Source of the DNA: Candidatus Limnocylindria bacterium
Lineage (GTDB): Bacteria; Chloroflexota; Limnocylindria; QHBO01
NCBI GenBank assembly: GCA_036556985.1
Contig: DATBIK010000007.1
Span: 4,000 to 67,999, forward strand
Direction: 5' to 3'
DNA length: 64,000 nucleotides
This document shows positions 47,604 through 57,970 of this stretch, piece by piece. The first letter of the stretch is position 1. Each line of letters begins with the position of its first letter. Under the pieces are notes generated by a model. That model worked only from the letters and a program-made list of their open reading frames with translations. It did not search any database and was not told where the DNA came from. A program made the translations under genes and the position numbers.

Positions 47604-47964
47604 ATCGGTCTCCCGGGATCGGGGAAGTCAAGCCCGACCCCACCTGCGTTGTGTGCCCCCGGAGGGCGGCAGTATATCCCGCTCCAGCAACCGAGGCGGA
47701 GCGCGCGAGTGCAACCGCGGCCCCTTGCCGGGCGTCCTAGGCCACATGGCGAAGCCGAACCACGCCAAGCGCTCCCGGCCGCGACCTCTTCCGGCCCGGC
47801 GGCGTCGCGCCCTCCAGCAGCGGGTTGAGGAGCACCGCGCGCGGCGTGAGATGGAGCGATGGCGCCGCGGGTGATCCGGCAGACCCCCTGCTAGACTCGG
47901 CTGGCGGGGCCGAGCGCCCGCCACGCGCCCAGCCGAACCCGCAGCGACGGAGCCGATCCCCCCG

Positions 47965-49116
47965 ATGGACTTCGCCCTCTCCCCGCAGCACCTCGACATC
48001 CGCCGCACCGTCCGCGACTTCGCCGAGCGCGAGATCGTGCCCGTCGCCGGCGAGCTCGAGCGCCGCGGCGAGTTCCCCCACGACATCATCCGGCGCGCCG
48101 CCGAGCTCGGCCTGCTCGGGGTCCCGTACCCGGAGGAGGTCGGCGGCACCGGCCTGGACTCGCTGGCCTACGCGATCACCATCGAGGAGCTCGCCCGTGC
48201 CAGCGGCAGCGTGGCGATCATCGTCAGCGCCCACACCAGCCTCGGCTGCAACCCCCTCTACATGGCCGGCACCCAGGAGCAGAAGGACCGATACCTCCGC
48301 CCGATGGCGTCGGGCGAGGTCCTCGGCGCGTACGGGCTCACCGAGTCCGGGGCCGGTTCCGATTCGCGCGGCACGCGCACCCGCGCGCGGAAGGACGGCG
48401 ACTGCTGGGTCCTGAACGGCAGCAAGCGGTTCATCACCAACGCCGGCGTGGCGGGGACCTACATCGTCACCGCCGTCACCGACCGGGAAGCCGGCAGCGG
48501 GAGGATCTCCGCCTTCATCGTGCCCGCCGAGACGCCGGGCTTCTCCATCGGCCGCATGGAGGAGAAGATGGGCCTGCATGCCAGCAACACGGGGGAGCTG
48601 CTCTTCGAGGACTGCCGCATCCCGCTGGAGAACCTCCTCGGCGAGGAGGGCGAGGGCGACAAGCTGTTCCTCAAGACGCTGGACGGCGGCCGCATCGGCA
48701 TCGGCGCCATGGCGCTCGGGCTGGCGCAGGCGGCGTACGAGGCGTCATCGGCCTACGCGAGGGAGCGGCACCAGTTCGACCGACCCATCGGCTCCTTCCA
48801 GGGGGTGGCGTTCATGATCGCCGACATGGCGACCCAGATCGACGCCGCCCGCCTGATGGTCTACCGCGCCGCCTGGCTGAAGGACTCCGGCAAGCCGTAC
48901 TCGACCGAGGCCGCCATGGCCAAGCTGTTCGCCTCCGAGGTCTCGCGCCAGGTTACGAACGACGCGGTGCAGGTGCACGGCGGCTACGGCTACGTGGAGG
49001 AGTACAACGTCGAGCGCTACCTGCGCGATGCGAAGCTGACCGAGATCGGCGAGGGGACGAGCCAGATCCAGCGGCTCGTCATCGCGCGCAACCTGCTCGA
49101 CATCCGCGCGATGTAG
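47965..49116 (+). CDS. acyl-CoA dehydrogenase (short-chain/butyryl-CoA type)
   Basis: GLTESGAGSD, catalytic-base region YVEEYNVERYLRDAKLTEIGEGTSQIQR. Confidence 0.9.
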   Translation: MDFALSPQHLDIRRTVRDFAEREIVPVAGELERRGEFPHDIIRRAAELGLLGVPYPEEVGGTGLDSLAYAITIEELARASGSVAIIVSAHTSLGCNPLYMAGTQEQKDRYLRPMASGEVLGAYGLTESGAGSDSRGTRTRARKDGDCWVLNGSKRFITNAGVAGTYIVTAVTDREAGSGRISAFIVPAETPGFSIGRMEEKMGLHASNTGELLFEDCRIPLENLLGEEGEGDKLFLKTLDGGRIGIGAMALGLAQAAYEASSAYARERHQFDRPIGSFQGVAFMIADMATQIDAARLMVYRAAWLKDSGKPYSTEAAMAKLFASEVSRQVTNDAVQVHGGYGYVEEYNVERYLRDAKLTEIGEGTSQIQRLVIARNLLDIRAM

Positions 49117-49191
49117 CCAGCGCGCCTGTCACTGGTTAGCCTGTGCCCTAGCTCCGCAATCCCGCGGCGCCGACGATGGAGGGTGGTCCCG

Positions 49192-49422
49192 ATGCGCACC
49201 GTGTTCGCGTTGCTCGCCGCTGGCTGGTTCCTCTTTCAGGCACTCACGTTCCTGCCATTCGGCACGTACGCGAACAGCGGCGCGCCGGGAGGGATCGATG
49301 GCGATCTCGGGGGTGTTGCCGTGACGTGGGCCGCACGCGCAGCCTTTGCGGGCTTGACGGCCCTGGCCCTGGCACTCATCGACTGGGAATTCCTCTTTCG
49401 GCTCGGGCGACCGCGCGCATAG
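49192..49422 (+). CDS. possible small two-TM membrane protein
   Basis: MRTVFALLAAGWFLFQALTFLPF...AAFAGLTALALALIDWEF; no homolog recognised. Confidence 0.3.
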   Translation: MRTVFALLAAGWFLFQALTFLPFGTYANSGAPGGIDGDLGGVAVTWAARAAFAGLTALALALIDWEFLFRLGRPRA

Positions 49423-49446
49423 GCGTTGATGCCCGCAGGCGCGTGG

Positions 49447-51408
49447 CTATTCGCTCCGACGTAGGCCGTGGGCCAGGTCGGCGAAGGCGTCCAGGGCGTG
49501 CGGGTTGGCCAGTGAGCCGCGCGAGGCGGCCTCGTCCACGGGCGTGCCGGTGAGGATCCGCTTCACGGGGACCTCGAGCTTCTTGCCGGACAGCGTGCGC
49601 GGGACCGCCGGCACGGCCACGATCCGATCCGGCACGTGGCGCGGCGAGAGGGCGCTGCGGATCTCGGCGCGCAGCCGCGCCTCCAGCGCGTCGTCGAGCG
49701 GGGCGCCGTCGCGGAGCGCCACGAACAGCAGAAGCTCGTCGGCCGCCTCGAGGTGGACGACGACCGAGTCCGCCACCTCGGGCAGCGACTCGACCACGGC
49801 GTAGTACTCGGCGGTGCCGACCCGCACGCCGCCGCGGTTCAGGGTTGCGTCGGAGCGCCCGCTGATCACGCACGAGCCGCGCTCGGTGAGCGTGATCCAG
49901 TCACCGTGGCGCCACACGCCGGGGAAGGCGTCGAAGTAGGCGGCGCGGTAGCGCGCGCCATCGGCGTCGTTCCAGAAGCCGATCGGCATGGATGGCATCG
50001 GCTGGGTGAGGACGAGCTCTCCCTGCTCGCCGACGAGGGATCGGCCGTCCGGCGAGAATGCCTCGACCGCCGCGCCCAGGCAGCGGCAGCTGATCTCGCC
50101 CTCCCACACCGGCACGAGCGGCGAGCCGCCGACGAAGGCGGTGCACAGGTCGGTCCCGCCGGAGACCGACTGAAGCTGAGCCGACGGCGCAACCGCGTCG
50201 TACACGTAGCGGAAGCCCTCGGCCGGCAGCGGTGCGCCGGTGGAGCCGATGGCCCGCACGCGTGACAGGTCAGCCACATCCGCCGGGCGGAGGCCGGCCT
50301 TGCGACAGGCCATCAGGTATGGCGCGCTCGTGCCGAAGCAGGTCACCGCCTCCTCGGACGCCATTCGCCACAGCGCCGACAGGTCCGGGTGCGCCGGCGA
50401 GCCGTCGAACAGCACGAGCGTCGCTCCGACACCGAGGCCGGAGACGAGGTAGTTCCACATCATCCAGCCGGTGGTGGTGAACCAGAAGAAGCGGTCGTCC
50501 GGGCCGAGGTCGTGGTGCAGGCCGAGCATCTTGAGGTGCTCGAGCAGGATGCCGCCGTGACCGTGCACGATCGGCTTGGGCAGGCCGGTCGTCCCCGACG
50601 AGTAAAGGATGTACAGCGGGTGGTCGAAGGGGACCGATGCGAAGGTCGGCTCACCGGCCTCGGCCGTCACCTCGTCCCAGGCCAGTCCGCCGCCGACGGA
50701 CGCGTCAGCGTTGACATAGGGAAGGATGACGGTCGCCTGCAGGCTGGGGAGGGAGCGGCGGATGGCGGCCAGCTCCTCGCGGCGGTCGACCGCGTTCGAC
50801 CCGTACCGATAGCCGTCGACCGCGAGCATGACGCGCGGCTCCACCTGGGCGAGCCGGTCGACGACGCTGCGCACGCCGAACTCCGGCGCGCACGAGGTCC
50901 AGATCGCCCCGAGGCCGGCGGTCGCCAGCAGCGCGATGACGGCCTCCGGTATGTTCGGCAGGTAGGCCGCCACCCTGTCGCCGGGTCCGACACCCAGCCG
51001 CCGCAGGCCGGCCTGCACCCGCCCGACGGCGTCGCGCAGCTGGACCGCGGTGAGCGTCGAACGATCGCGCGTCTGCGAGCGGCCGATGAGGACCACGTCG
51101 TCCTGGCGGCGGGCCGCCAGGCCGCGCACCAGCAGGTGCTCCGCGTAGTTCAGGCGCGCGTCCGGGAACCAGCGTGCGCCCGGCATGCCGGCATCGGCCA
51201 GGGCCGCTCCATCGGTCGCGGGAAAGGCGGCGAAGAAGTCGCGGATCGAGCGCCAGAAGGCATCGGGCGCGCGGACCGACCAGGCCCAGGCAGCGTCGTA
51301 GTCGGGGAGGCTGACGCCGCGCTCGGCGAGCCATTCGAGATAGGCGCCCATCCGGGTCGTGGCGCGCGCGTCGGGCGCGGGACGCCACAGGACCGCCGGA
51401 TCGGGCAT
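49447..51408 (-). CDS. acetoacetyl-CoA synthetase (AMP-forming acyl-CoA ligase)
   Basis: YSSGTTGLPKPIVHGHGG AMP-binding motif; overall acetoacetate-CoA ligase architecture (~654 aa); start taken at MPDPAVLWRP. Confidence 0.8.
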   Translation of the reverse strand: MPDPAVLWRPAPDARATTRMGAYLEWLAERGVSLPDYDAAWAWSVRAPDAFWRSIRDFFAAFPATDGAALADAGMPGARWFPDARLNYAEHLLVRGLAARRQDDVVLIGRSQTRDRSTLTAVQLRDAVGRVQAGLRRLGVGPGDRVAAYLPNIPEAVIALLATAGLGAIWTSCAPEFGVRSVVDRLAQVEPRVMLAVDGYRYGSNAVDRREELAAIRRSLPSLQATVILPYVNADASVGGGLAWDEVTAEAGEPTFASVPFDHPLYILYSSGTTGLPKPIVHGHGGILLEHLKMLGLHHDLGPDDRFFWFTTTGWMMWNYLVSGLGVGATLVLFDGSPAHPDLSALWRMASEEAVTCFGTSAPYLMACRKAGLRPADVADLSRVRAIGSTGAPLPAEGFRYVYDAVAPSAQLQSVSGGTDLCTAFVGGSPLVPVWEGEISCRCLGAAVEAFSPDGRSLVGEQGELVLTQPMPSMPIGFWNDADGARYRAAYFDAFPGVWRHGDWITLTERGSCVISGRSDATLNRGGVRVGTAEYYAVVESLPEVADSVVVHLEAADELLLFVALRDGAPLDDALEARLRAEIRSALSPRHVPDRIVAVPAVPRTLSGKKLEVPVKRILTGTPVDEAASRGSLANPHALDAFADLAHGLRRSE

Positions 51409-51433
51409 GGGCCGATCATGCCACGGGCGGGCT

Positions 51434-53575
51434 ATGCTGGCCGGACCCATGCCTCCGCCTGCACCCGCACGCGTCATCGTCGCCGCACTCCTGGGGGCGG
51501 CGGCGCTGGTGGCCGGCGTCGCACTGCCGGCCGCGGGCGTCGAGGTCATCCCGCGCGAGGGGGCCAGTGTGCTGCCGGGCGAGGCGCACGGCGCCCTTGT
51601 TGGTGACGTGGACGGCGACGGGGTCCGAGAGCTCGTGCGTCTCGTCCCGTGGAGCTCGAACCCCGGCCGCCTGGCGCTGGAGGTCGTGACCCTGGAGCGT
51701 GACGAGCCGCGCGTCCGTGGACAGGCGCTCGTCCAGCGGGCGGCATCGGTCGAGGATCACGTGGCCGGCAACAACCCGGACGAGGCCGAGCTGCTGCCGC
51801 TGAGCACGAACGAGCCGGCGCGGCTCATCGCCTGGCGCGACGGGGGGCGGGAGCGTGTCCTCCTGGCCACGATGCAGGGCGACCCCGGCTCGGTGGCCAT
51901 CGAGCGGTCCTGCTGCCTCACGCTGTGGTGGGTCGGCTACGACCGCGACGGCGCGACGGAGCTGCGCTACGTCCAGAACACCGTGGCCAGCGCAGCCTGG
52001 ATCGTGGCCGCCGACATGGACGCCGACAGGACCGATGAGCTGGCGGTGGTCGAGACCCCGAACCCGGCCATCCCCGACGCCTCCGAGGTGATGGTGCTGC
52101 GCTGGAACGGTCGGGACTTCGACCGCCTGCGCGACACGGCGCACCGCGGTCTCATGAGCGGGCCGCTGACCGTCCTCGGGGACAGCGACGGGTTGGCGGG
52201 GGAGGAGGTCGGCTACGTCGCCACGCCGCCGCCCGGCGACCTTGGCGCCTCGACACTGCATCGATTCGCGCTCGTCAACGGTCGGATGCGAATCGACCGC
52301 AGGGAGCTGACCGACAGAGGTTCCATCGTCCCCCTCGTCGGACCGGCAGGCCCACGGCTCGCCATCGTCTCCGAGCGAGCTGTGCAGCTCCTGGAGTGGC
52401 CGGCGGGGGAGCCCAGCCGATTGGTCGACACGTTCGAGCGGGGTGGCACGCCGCTCGGGGTGCTCGGGATGGGGGAGTCGGCGCGTCTGCTCGTCCTTCG
52501 TGGCAGCACGGTCGACCTCCTCGACGCCGAGCTGCGCTCGCGACAGGGGATCGTGGCCGGCGAGGCCGCCGTGTGGTTCAACGGCAGCTCGCTGCCCGCG
52601 TACCACGGGGAGCTGCCCGGCGGCGACGAGTCAGGGGCAGCGGCGGTCGTCTTCGGCGGCCGCCTCATCTCGGCGGCAGGCGCCTCCGGCCAGGCGAGCT
52701 TCCGCGAGATCTCCGTCCTTGCCGGCAAGACGCCGGTCGGTCTGTTCGGGCCCCGGCTGGCATGGGCGGCGGTGGGTGACGGTCCAGCCCTCCCCGCCGA
52801 GCGACGCGGTGGCAGCATGCTCGTGGGTGCCAGCGCGCGCGCCAGCGCGGTCGCGATCGTGCGGGCGGACGCGCTCCTCGCACCGGCGGCCGACGGTGGG
52901 ATGTTCCGGCCGGAGGTCAGCGGCGGGTTCCTGGACGACTCGCGCCCCGCGCGTCCCAGCCTCATGACGAATGGCGAGGTGCGCGCCACGGTCGCGGCGC
53001 CGCCGAACAGCCGGCTGCAGGTGACGAGCCGCGGGGGCGAGCGTACCGAGGGGCTGCTCGCCGGCGAGGCGGCAGACGTCGTCCTCATCCCCGACTTCGA
53101 CTCGGACGAGAACGAGACGTTCACCGTGCGGCTCCTCGTTTCCACGCCCGCGGGACAGGGCTACGGCGCCATCTGGGAGGCCCGGGTCCTGCGACAGCCG
53201 CCCGCCCTTCGCGCCAGCGCCCCATTCGCCTCGCTGGCCTTCACGGTGCCGATCAGCGGTCACACCGCCCCGTCCGTGACGCTGGAGGTGGACGGCGAGC
53301 CGGTGCCGGTGCAGCCGGATGGCAGCTTCGCGGCCGACGTGGGGGCCGGCCTCCTGCCGCGGTCGGTCCGGGTTGCCGCCACGGATCGGCTGGGGAACAC
53401 GAACGAGGTCGTGGTGGAGGTCGTGGCGCTCCTCGACTACCGGCAGCTGCCGTGGGTGCCGTTCGTCGTCGCGCTGACGCTCGCCGCCGGCGCGATCCTG
53501 TACCTGCGCGTGCCGCGACCGACCTCCACGGGATCGGCGCACCCCGACGAAGGGGTACTGGAGGACATCCAATAG
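51434..53575 (+). CDS. large secreted protein with FG-GAP/VCBS-like DxDxDG repeats and C-terminal TM anchor
   Basis: Signal VIVAALLGAAALVAGVALPAAG; repeats VGDVDGDGVRELV, ADMDADRTDELAVV, LGDSDGLAGEEVGYV; C-terminal WVPFVVALTLAAGAILYL. Confidence 0.55.
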   Translation: MLAGPMPPPAPARVIVAALLGAAALVAGVALPAAGVEVIPREGASVLPGEAHGALVGDVDGDGVRELVRLVPWSSNPGRLALEVVTLERDEPRVRGQALVQRAASVEDHVAGNNPDEAELLPLSTNEPARLIAWRDGGRERVLLATMQGDPGSVAIERSCCLTLWWVGYDRDGATELRYVQNTVASAAWIVAADMDADRTDELAVVETPNPAIPDASEVMVLRWNGRDFDRLRDTAHRGLMSGPLTVLGDSDGLAGEEVGYVATPPPGDLGASTLHRFALVNGRMRIDRRELTDRGSIVPLVGPAGPRLAIVSERAVQLLEWPAGEPSRLVDTFERGGTPLGVLGMGESARLLVLRGSTVDLLDAELRSRQGIVAGEAAVWFNGSSLPAYHGELPGGDESGAAAVVFGGRLISAAGASGQASFREISVLAGKTPVGLFGPRLAWAAVGDGPALPAERRGGSMLVGASARASAVAIVRADALLAPAADGGMFRPEVSGGFLDDSRPARPSLMTNGEVRATVAAPPNSRLQVTSRGGERTEGLLAGEAADVVLIPDFDSDENETFTVRLLVSTPAGQGYGAIWEARVLRQPPALRASAPFASLAFTVPISGHTAPSVTLEVDGEPVPVQPDGSFAADVGAGLLPRSVRVAATDRLGNTNEVVVEVVALLDYRQLPWVPFVVALTLAAGAILYLRVPRPTSTGSAHPDEGVLEDIQ

Positions 53576-53646
53576 CACCAGTCCGCACCGGACGGGACCG
53601 GTGCTAGCGTTGCGGGCGTCGATCACGCCCGCCGAGGACGCTGCCC

Positions 53647-55551
53647 ATGGAGGTGACCGGAGCGCGACTGCCCGCGCTCGAGTCCCACCTCGAACGCCAG
53701 ATGCGCACGACCGAGCGCCAGCTGGCGCTCGCGCGCGCCGCGATCGCCGGCGCGGGACTGGTGGCGATCCTCCTCTTCCGCGACCGGATCGACTCCTGGC
53801 CGTTGCTCGTCGGGCTGGCCGCCGCCGTCCTCGTGTACTCCGGTCTCGTTCTCGTCCTCGTCGGCCGCTTCCCGGCGCGCGAGGTGGGGATCATGGCGAC
53901 CGCGCTCGACATGGTGGCGGTCACGCTCGCGATCTACGTCGAGCCGCAGGCCCTCGACGCGTTCCTCTTCTACATCCCGGTCATCCTGGAGGTAGCGCTG
54001 CGCTTCGGGTTGGGGGCATCGGTCTGGACCTCGCTGGTGGTGTCGTTCATGTACGCGGCAGTCGTCCTCGTCGCGGGCGAGGAGGGACAGGTGCGGACGC
54101 TGCTCCCGGTGCGGATCGGCTACCTCGTCGGCCTCGGCCTGGCAGCCGGCCTCTTCGCGCGCGTCGTCATCGGCCGCGTGTCGGAGAACGCGCGGCTCCA
54201 GCGGCGGCTCGAGGAGGAGGAGCGCGACCAGGCCCGGCGCCGCGAGGCGGAGCTTCTCAGCCAGATGGCCCGCGAGTTCGGCACGACCCTCGAGCGACAG
54301 GCGACGGTGGACGCCATCGTGCGGGCCGCGGCGCCGCTCCTCGGCGACCTGACCTGGCTGCTCACCGTGGAGGAGGCGCCGGATGACGGCGCGCCGCTCC
54401 TGCGCCTGGCCGGGATCGAGGGGCGGGACGTGGCAGCCACCGTTCGCCTCCGCGCCCATCTCGACACCCGGCGCCCGCGGGTGGGGGAGGGCGTCGCCGG
54501 CGCGGCGGCCGCCACCGTGACGCCCACCGTGGTCCGCGTCAACGAGGCGCCGGCCGACAGCCCCGGCGACCCTGACGGAATGGCGCTGCTGGGGCTGCGC
54601 TCGCTGTTGGCGGTGCCGATCATCTTCCGCGCCCGCGTTCGTGGCGTCCTCGTCTCGGGCAGCACCCACGGCCCCACTCTCGGCGACGGGGAGGCGCGCT
54701 TGGCCGCGGCCATCGCGGAGCGGGCCGGGCCGGCCCTCGAGAACGCGGTGCTGTGGGCGGACCTCCAGGAACAGGTCGCGCGCGAGCAGCGGGCGCAGCG
54801 CGCGAAGGATGACTTCCTCTCGATCGTCAGCCACGAGCTGCGCACCCCGCTGACGAGCATCCAGGGCTACTCGCAGCTGCTCGAGAATCGGATGCGGGAC
54901 AGCGCCGGGGCGAAGGAGCTCTCCCAGATCCGGACCATCCGCACCCAGGTCACGCGCATGCGACGCTTGGTCGAGGACCTGCTCGACGTGAGCCGCATCG
55001 ACCGCCGCGGGCTGGTGAGCATCGAGCCGGCGCCGCTCGACTTGGCGGTCGAGGTCCGGGAGGCGGCATCCCGCACGCAGCGCGAGCATCCGGAGCGCAC
55101 CATCAACGTCGAGACGCCGGACGCGCTCCCGGTCACCGCCGACCGCGATCGCATCGGGCAGGTCCTCACCAACCTGCTCGACAACGCGGTGAAGTACTCG
55201 CCCGGCGGCGGTCCGGTCACCGTCCGCGCAGAGGCCCGGGGCAGCGTCGTGGAGATCATCGTGGCCGACGAGGGCATCGGCCTCACGCCGGAGCAGGCTG
55301 CGCGCATCTTCGACCGCTTCTACCAGGCCGATGACGGTGCCGGCGCGCGGCGTCCCGGCGGCCTGGGGCTGGGTCTGTACATTACCCGCGCCATCGTCCT
55401 CGCCCATGGCGGTGAGATCTCGGCCGAGCCGAATACCGCGGCGGCCAAGGGGACGGTCATCCGCCTCCGGCTGCCGCGCGTCGCGAAGGCGCCGGCCGGC
55501 ATGGGGCCGGTCAGCGACGCCCCTCCGCCGTTCGTGACCCGACGCGGCTAG
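53647..55551 (+). CDS. membrane sensor histidine kinase with GAF domain (no cognate regulator adjacent)
   Basis: Five to six N-terminal TM helices, GAF region, H-box SHELRTPLTSIQGY, HATPase GGLGLGLYITRAIV. Confidence 0.8.
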   Translation: MEVTGARLPALESHLERQMRTTERQLALARAAIAGAGLVAILLFRDRIDSWPLLVGLAAAVLVYSGLVLVLVGRFPAREVGIMATALDMVAVTLAIYVEPQALDAFLFYIPVILEVALRFGLGASVWTSLVVSFMYAAVVLVAGEEGQVRTLLPVRIGYLVGLGLAAGLFARVVIGRVSENARLQRRLEEEERDQARRREAELLSQMAREFGTTLERQATVDAIVRAAAPLLGDLTWLLTVEEAPDDGAPLLRLAGIEGRDVAATVRLRAHLDTRRPRVGEGVAGAAAATVTPTVVRVNEAPADSPGDPDGMALLGLRSLLAVPIIFRARVRGVLVSGSTHGPTLGDGEARLAAAIAERAGPALENAVLWADLQEQVAREQRAQRAKDDFLSIVSHELRTPLTSIQGYSQLLENRMRDSAGAKELSQIRTIRTQVTRMRRLVEDLLDVSRIDRRGLVSIEPAPLDLAVEVREAASRTQREHPERTINVETPDALPVTADRDRIGQVLTNLLDNAVKYSPGGGPVTVRAEARGSVVEIIVADEGIGLTPEQAARIFDRFYQADDGAGARRPGGLGLGLYITRAIVLAHGGEISAEPNTAAAKGTVIRLRLPRVAKAPAGMGPVSDAPPPFVTRRG

Positions 55552-55561
55552 ACTCGGGCGC

Positions 55562-56830
<1,269 letters not shown>

Positions 56831-56840
56831 CGCAAGGCCC

Positions 56841-57701
56841 ATGGTCCAGGCCATCAAGCGCGACGAGGTCTACATCGAGCCCGAGGGCATCTACGTCGAG
56901 ACCCACCAGCCCGAGCGGCGCAGCCGGAAGCCACCGCTGCTCCTCGTCCACGGCGCGCTGGGCGGGTCGTGGATGTGGAGCTCCTTCGCCACGTTCTTCG
57001 CCGAGCGCGGCTGGGAGGCGCACGCCATGAACTTCCGTGGCCACTACACCTCCGACCTCGCCGACCTGTCGCGGGTGCGCATGCGCGACTACGCCGACGA
57101 CATCGGCGTCGCCGTCCGCCAGCTCGGCCGGCCGCCGGTGGTCATCGGCTGGGGGATCGGCGCGCTGGCGGCCATGCTCTACGCGGAGCGGAGCCGCACG
57201 CTGGGCCTCGTGCTGCTGGCACCGTCGCCGCCGGCCGCGGCCCTGCCGCGCCGTCCGAGCGACCTGGAGCTGAAGGCGGTGCCCGGCGTGTACGACGCGA
57301 CCTGGTGGGGCTGGATCCAGCCGCCCGAGCGCCTGCGCGAGATGATGCCGGACATGGCCGACGGCGAGATCGAGAAGGTCCAGGAGATGCTCGCCGGCGC
57401 CCGAGAATCCGGCAGCGCCCGGCGCGAGCGGATGCTCGGCGTGGAGGTGGACGCAACGCGGATCGAGGTCGATGCCCTCGTCATCGGCGCCGGTCGCGAC
57501 GATGTCATCCACCCCTCCGAGGCGCGGCGCACCGCCGACATGCTGGGGGCGGCGTACGAGTACTTCCCATCGGCCTCGCACTTCGGGCTGGTCATGGGCT
57601 CCGAGACGTGGCCGCAGGTCGCCGGCTCGGTGCTCGGCTGGCTGGAGGAGCGGCGGCACGCCATGAACGCGGTCCTCACCAGGCTCGCCGCCGTCCGCTA
57701 G
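56841..57701 (+). CDS. alpha/beta-hydrolase fold protein (nucleophile elbow reads GWGIG)
   Basis: LLLVHGALGGSW oxyanion region; VVIGWGIGALAAMLYA where GxSxG would be expected. Confidence 0.65.
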   Translation: MVQAIKRDEVYIEPEGIYVETHQPERRSRKPPLLLVHGALGGSWMWSSFATFFAERGWEAHAMNFRGHYTSDLADLSRVRMRDYADDIGVAVRQLGRPPVVIGWGIGALAAMLYAERSRTLGLVLLAPSPPAAALPRRPSDLELKAVPGVYDATWWGWIQPPERLREMMPDMADGEIEKVQEMLAGARESGSARRERMLGVEVDATRIEVDALVIGAGRDDVIHPSEARRTADMLGAAYEYFPSASHFGLVMGSETWPQVAGSVLGWLEERRHAMNAVLTRLAAVR

Positions 57702-57718
57702 ACGGACCGATATGCCGG

Positions 57719-57748
57719 TTGAGCCGCCTCGCGGGGGCTTGCTATACT
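57719..57748 (+). promoter_or_regulatory. candidate sigma-70-type promoter for tRNA-Glu (TTGAGC-18 nt-TATACT)
   Basis: Read directly ~30 nt upstream of the tRNA 5' end. Confidence 0.35.
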
Positions 57749-57778
57749 CGGCCCCGTCCTCGACACCGTGGACGACGG

Positions 57779-57855
57779 GCCGCATTCGTCTAGAGGCCTA
57801 GGACACCGCCCTCTCAAGGCGGAGATCACCGGTTCGAATCCGGTATGCGGTACCA
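57779..57855 (+). tRNA. tRNA-Glu (anticodon CUC)
   Basis: Cloverleaf colinear with bacterial tRNA-Glu: TCGTCTAGAGGCCTAGGAC D-arm, anticodon stem CCGCC/GGCGG with loop CTCTCAA, T-arm ACCGGTTCGAATCCGGT, acceptor GCCGCAT/ATGCGGT (G1·U72), encoded ACCA end. Confidence 0.85.
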
Positions 57856-57870
57856 AATCCCTCATTATCG

Positions 57871-57900
57871 GCCCGATCTAAGCTCGGATCGGGCTTCTTC
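57871..57900 (+). terminator. rho-independent terminator after tRNA-Glu
   Basis: GCCCGATC-taagctcg-GATCGGGC hairpin followed by TTCTTC. Confidence 0.5.
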
Positions 57901-57970
57901 GTGCCCGGATTCGGAGCCGAGGAACCCTTATAGGAACCCTTATCGGAGCTGCGACCCCCTGTCAAACTCT

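Noticed and set aside
49422-49447. Possible terminator between the small membrane ORF and the acetoacetyl-CoA synthetase gene
   Set aside because: Only imperfect GC-rich complementarity. No clean stem or T tract.
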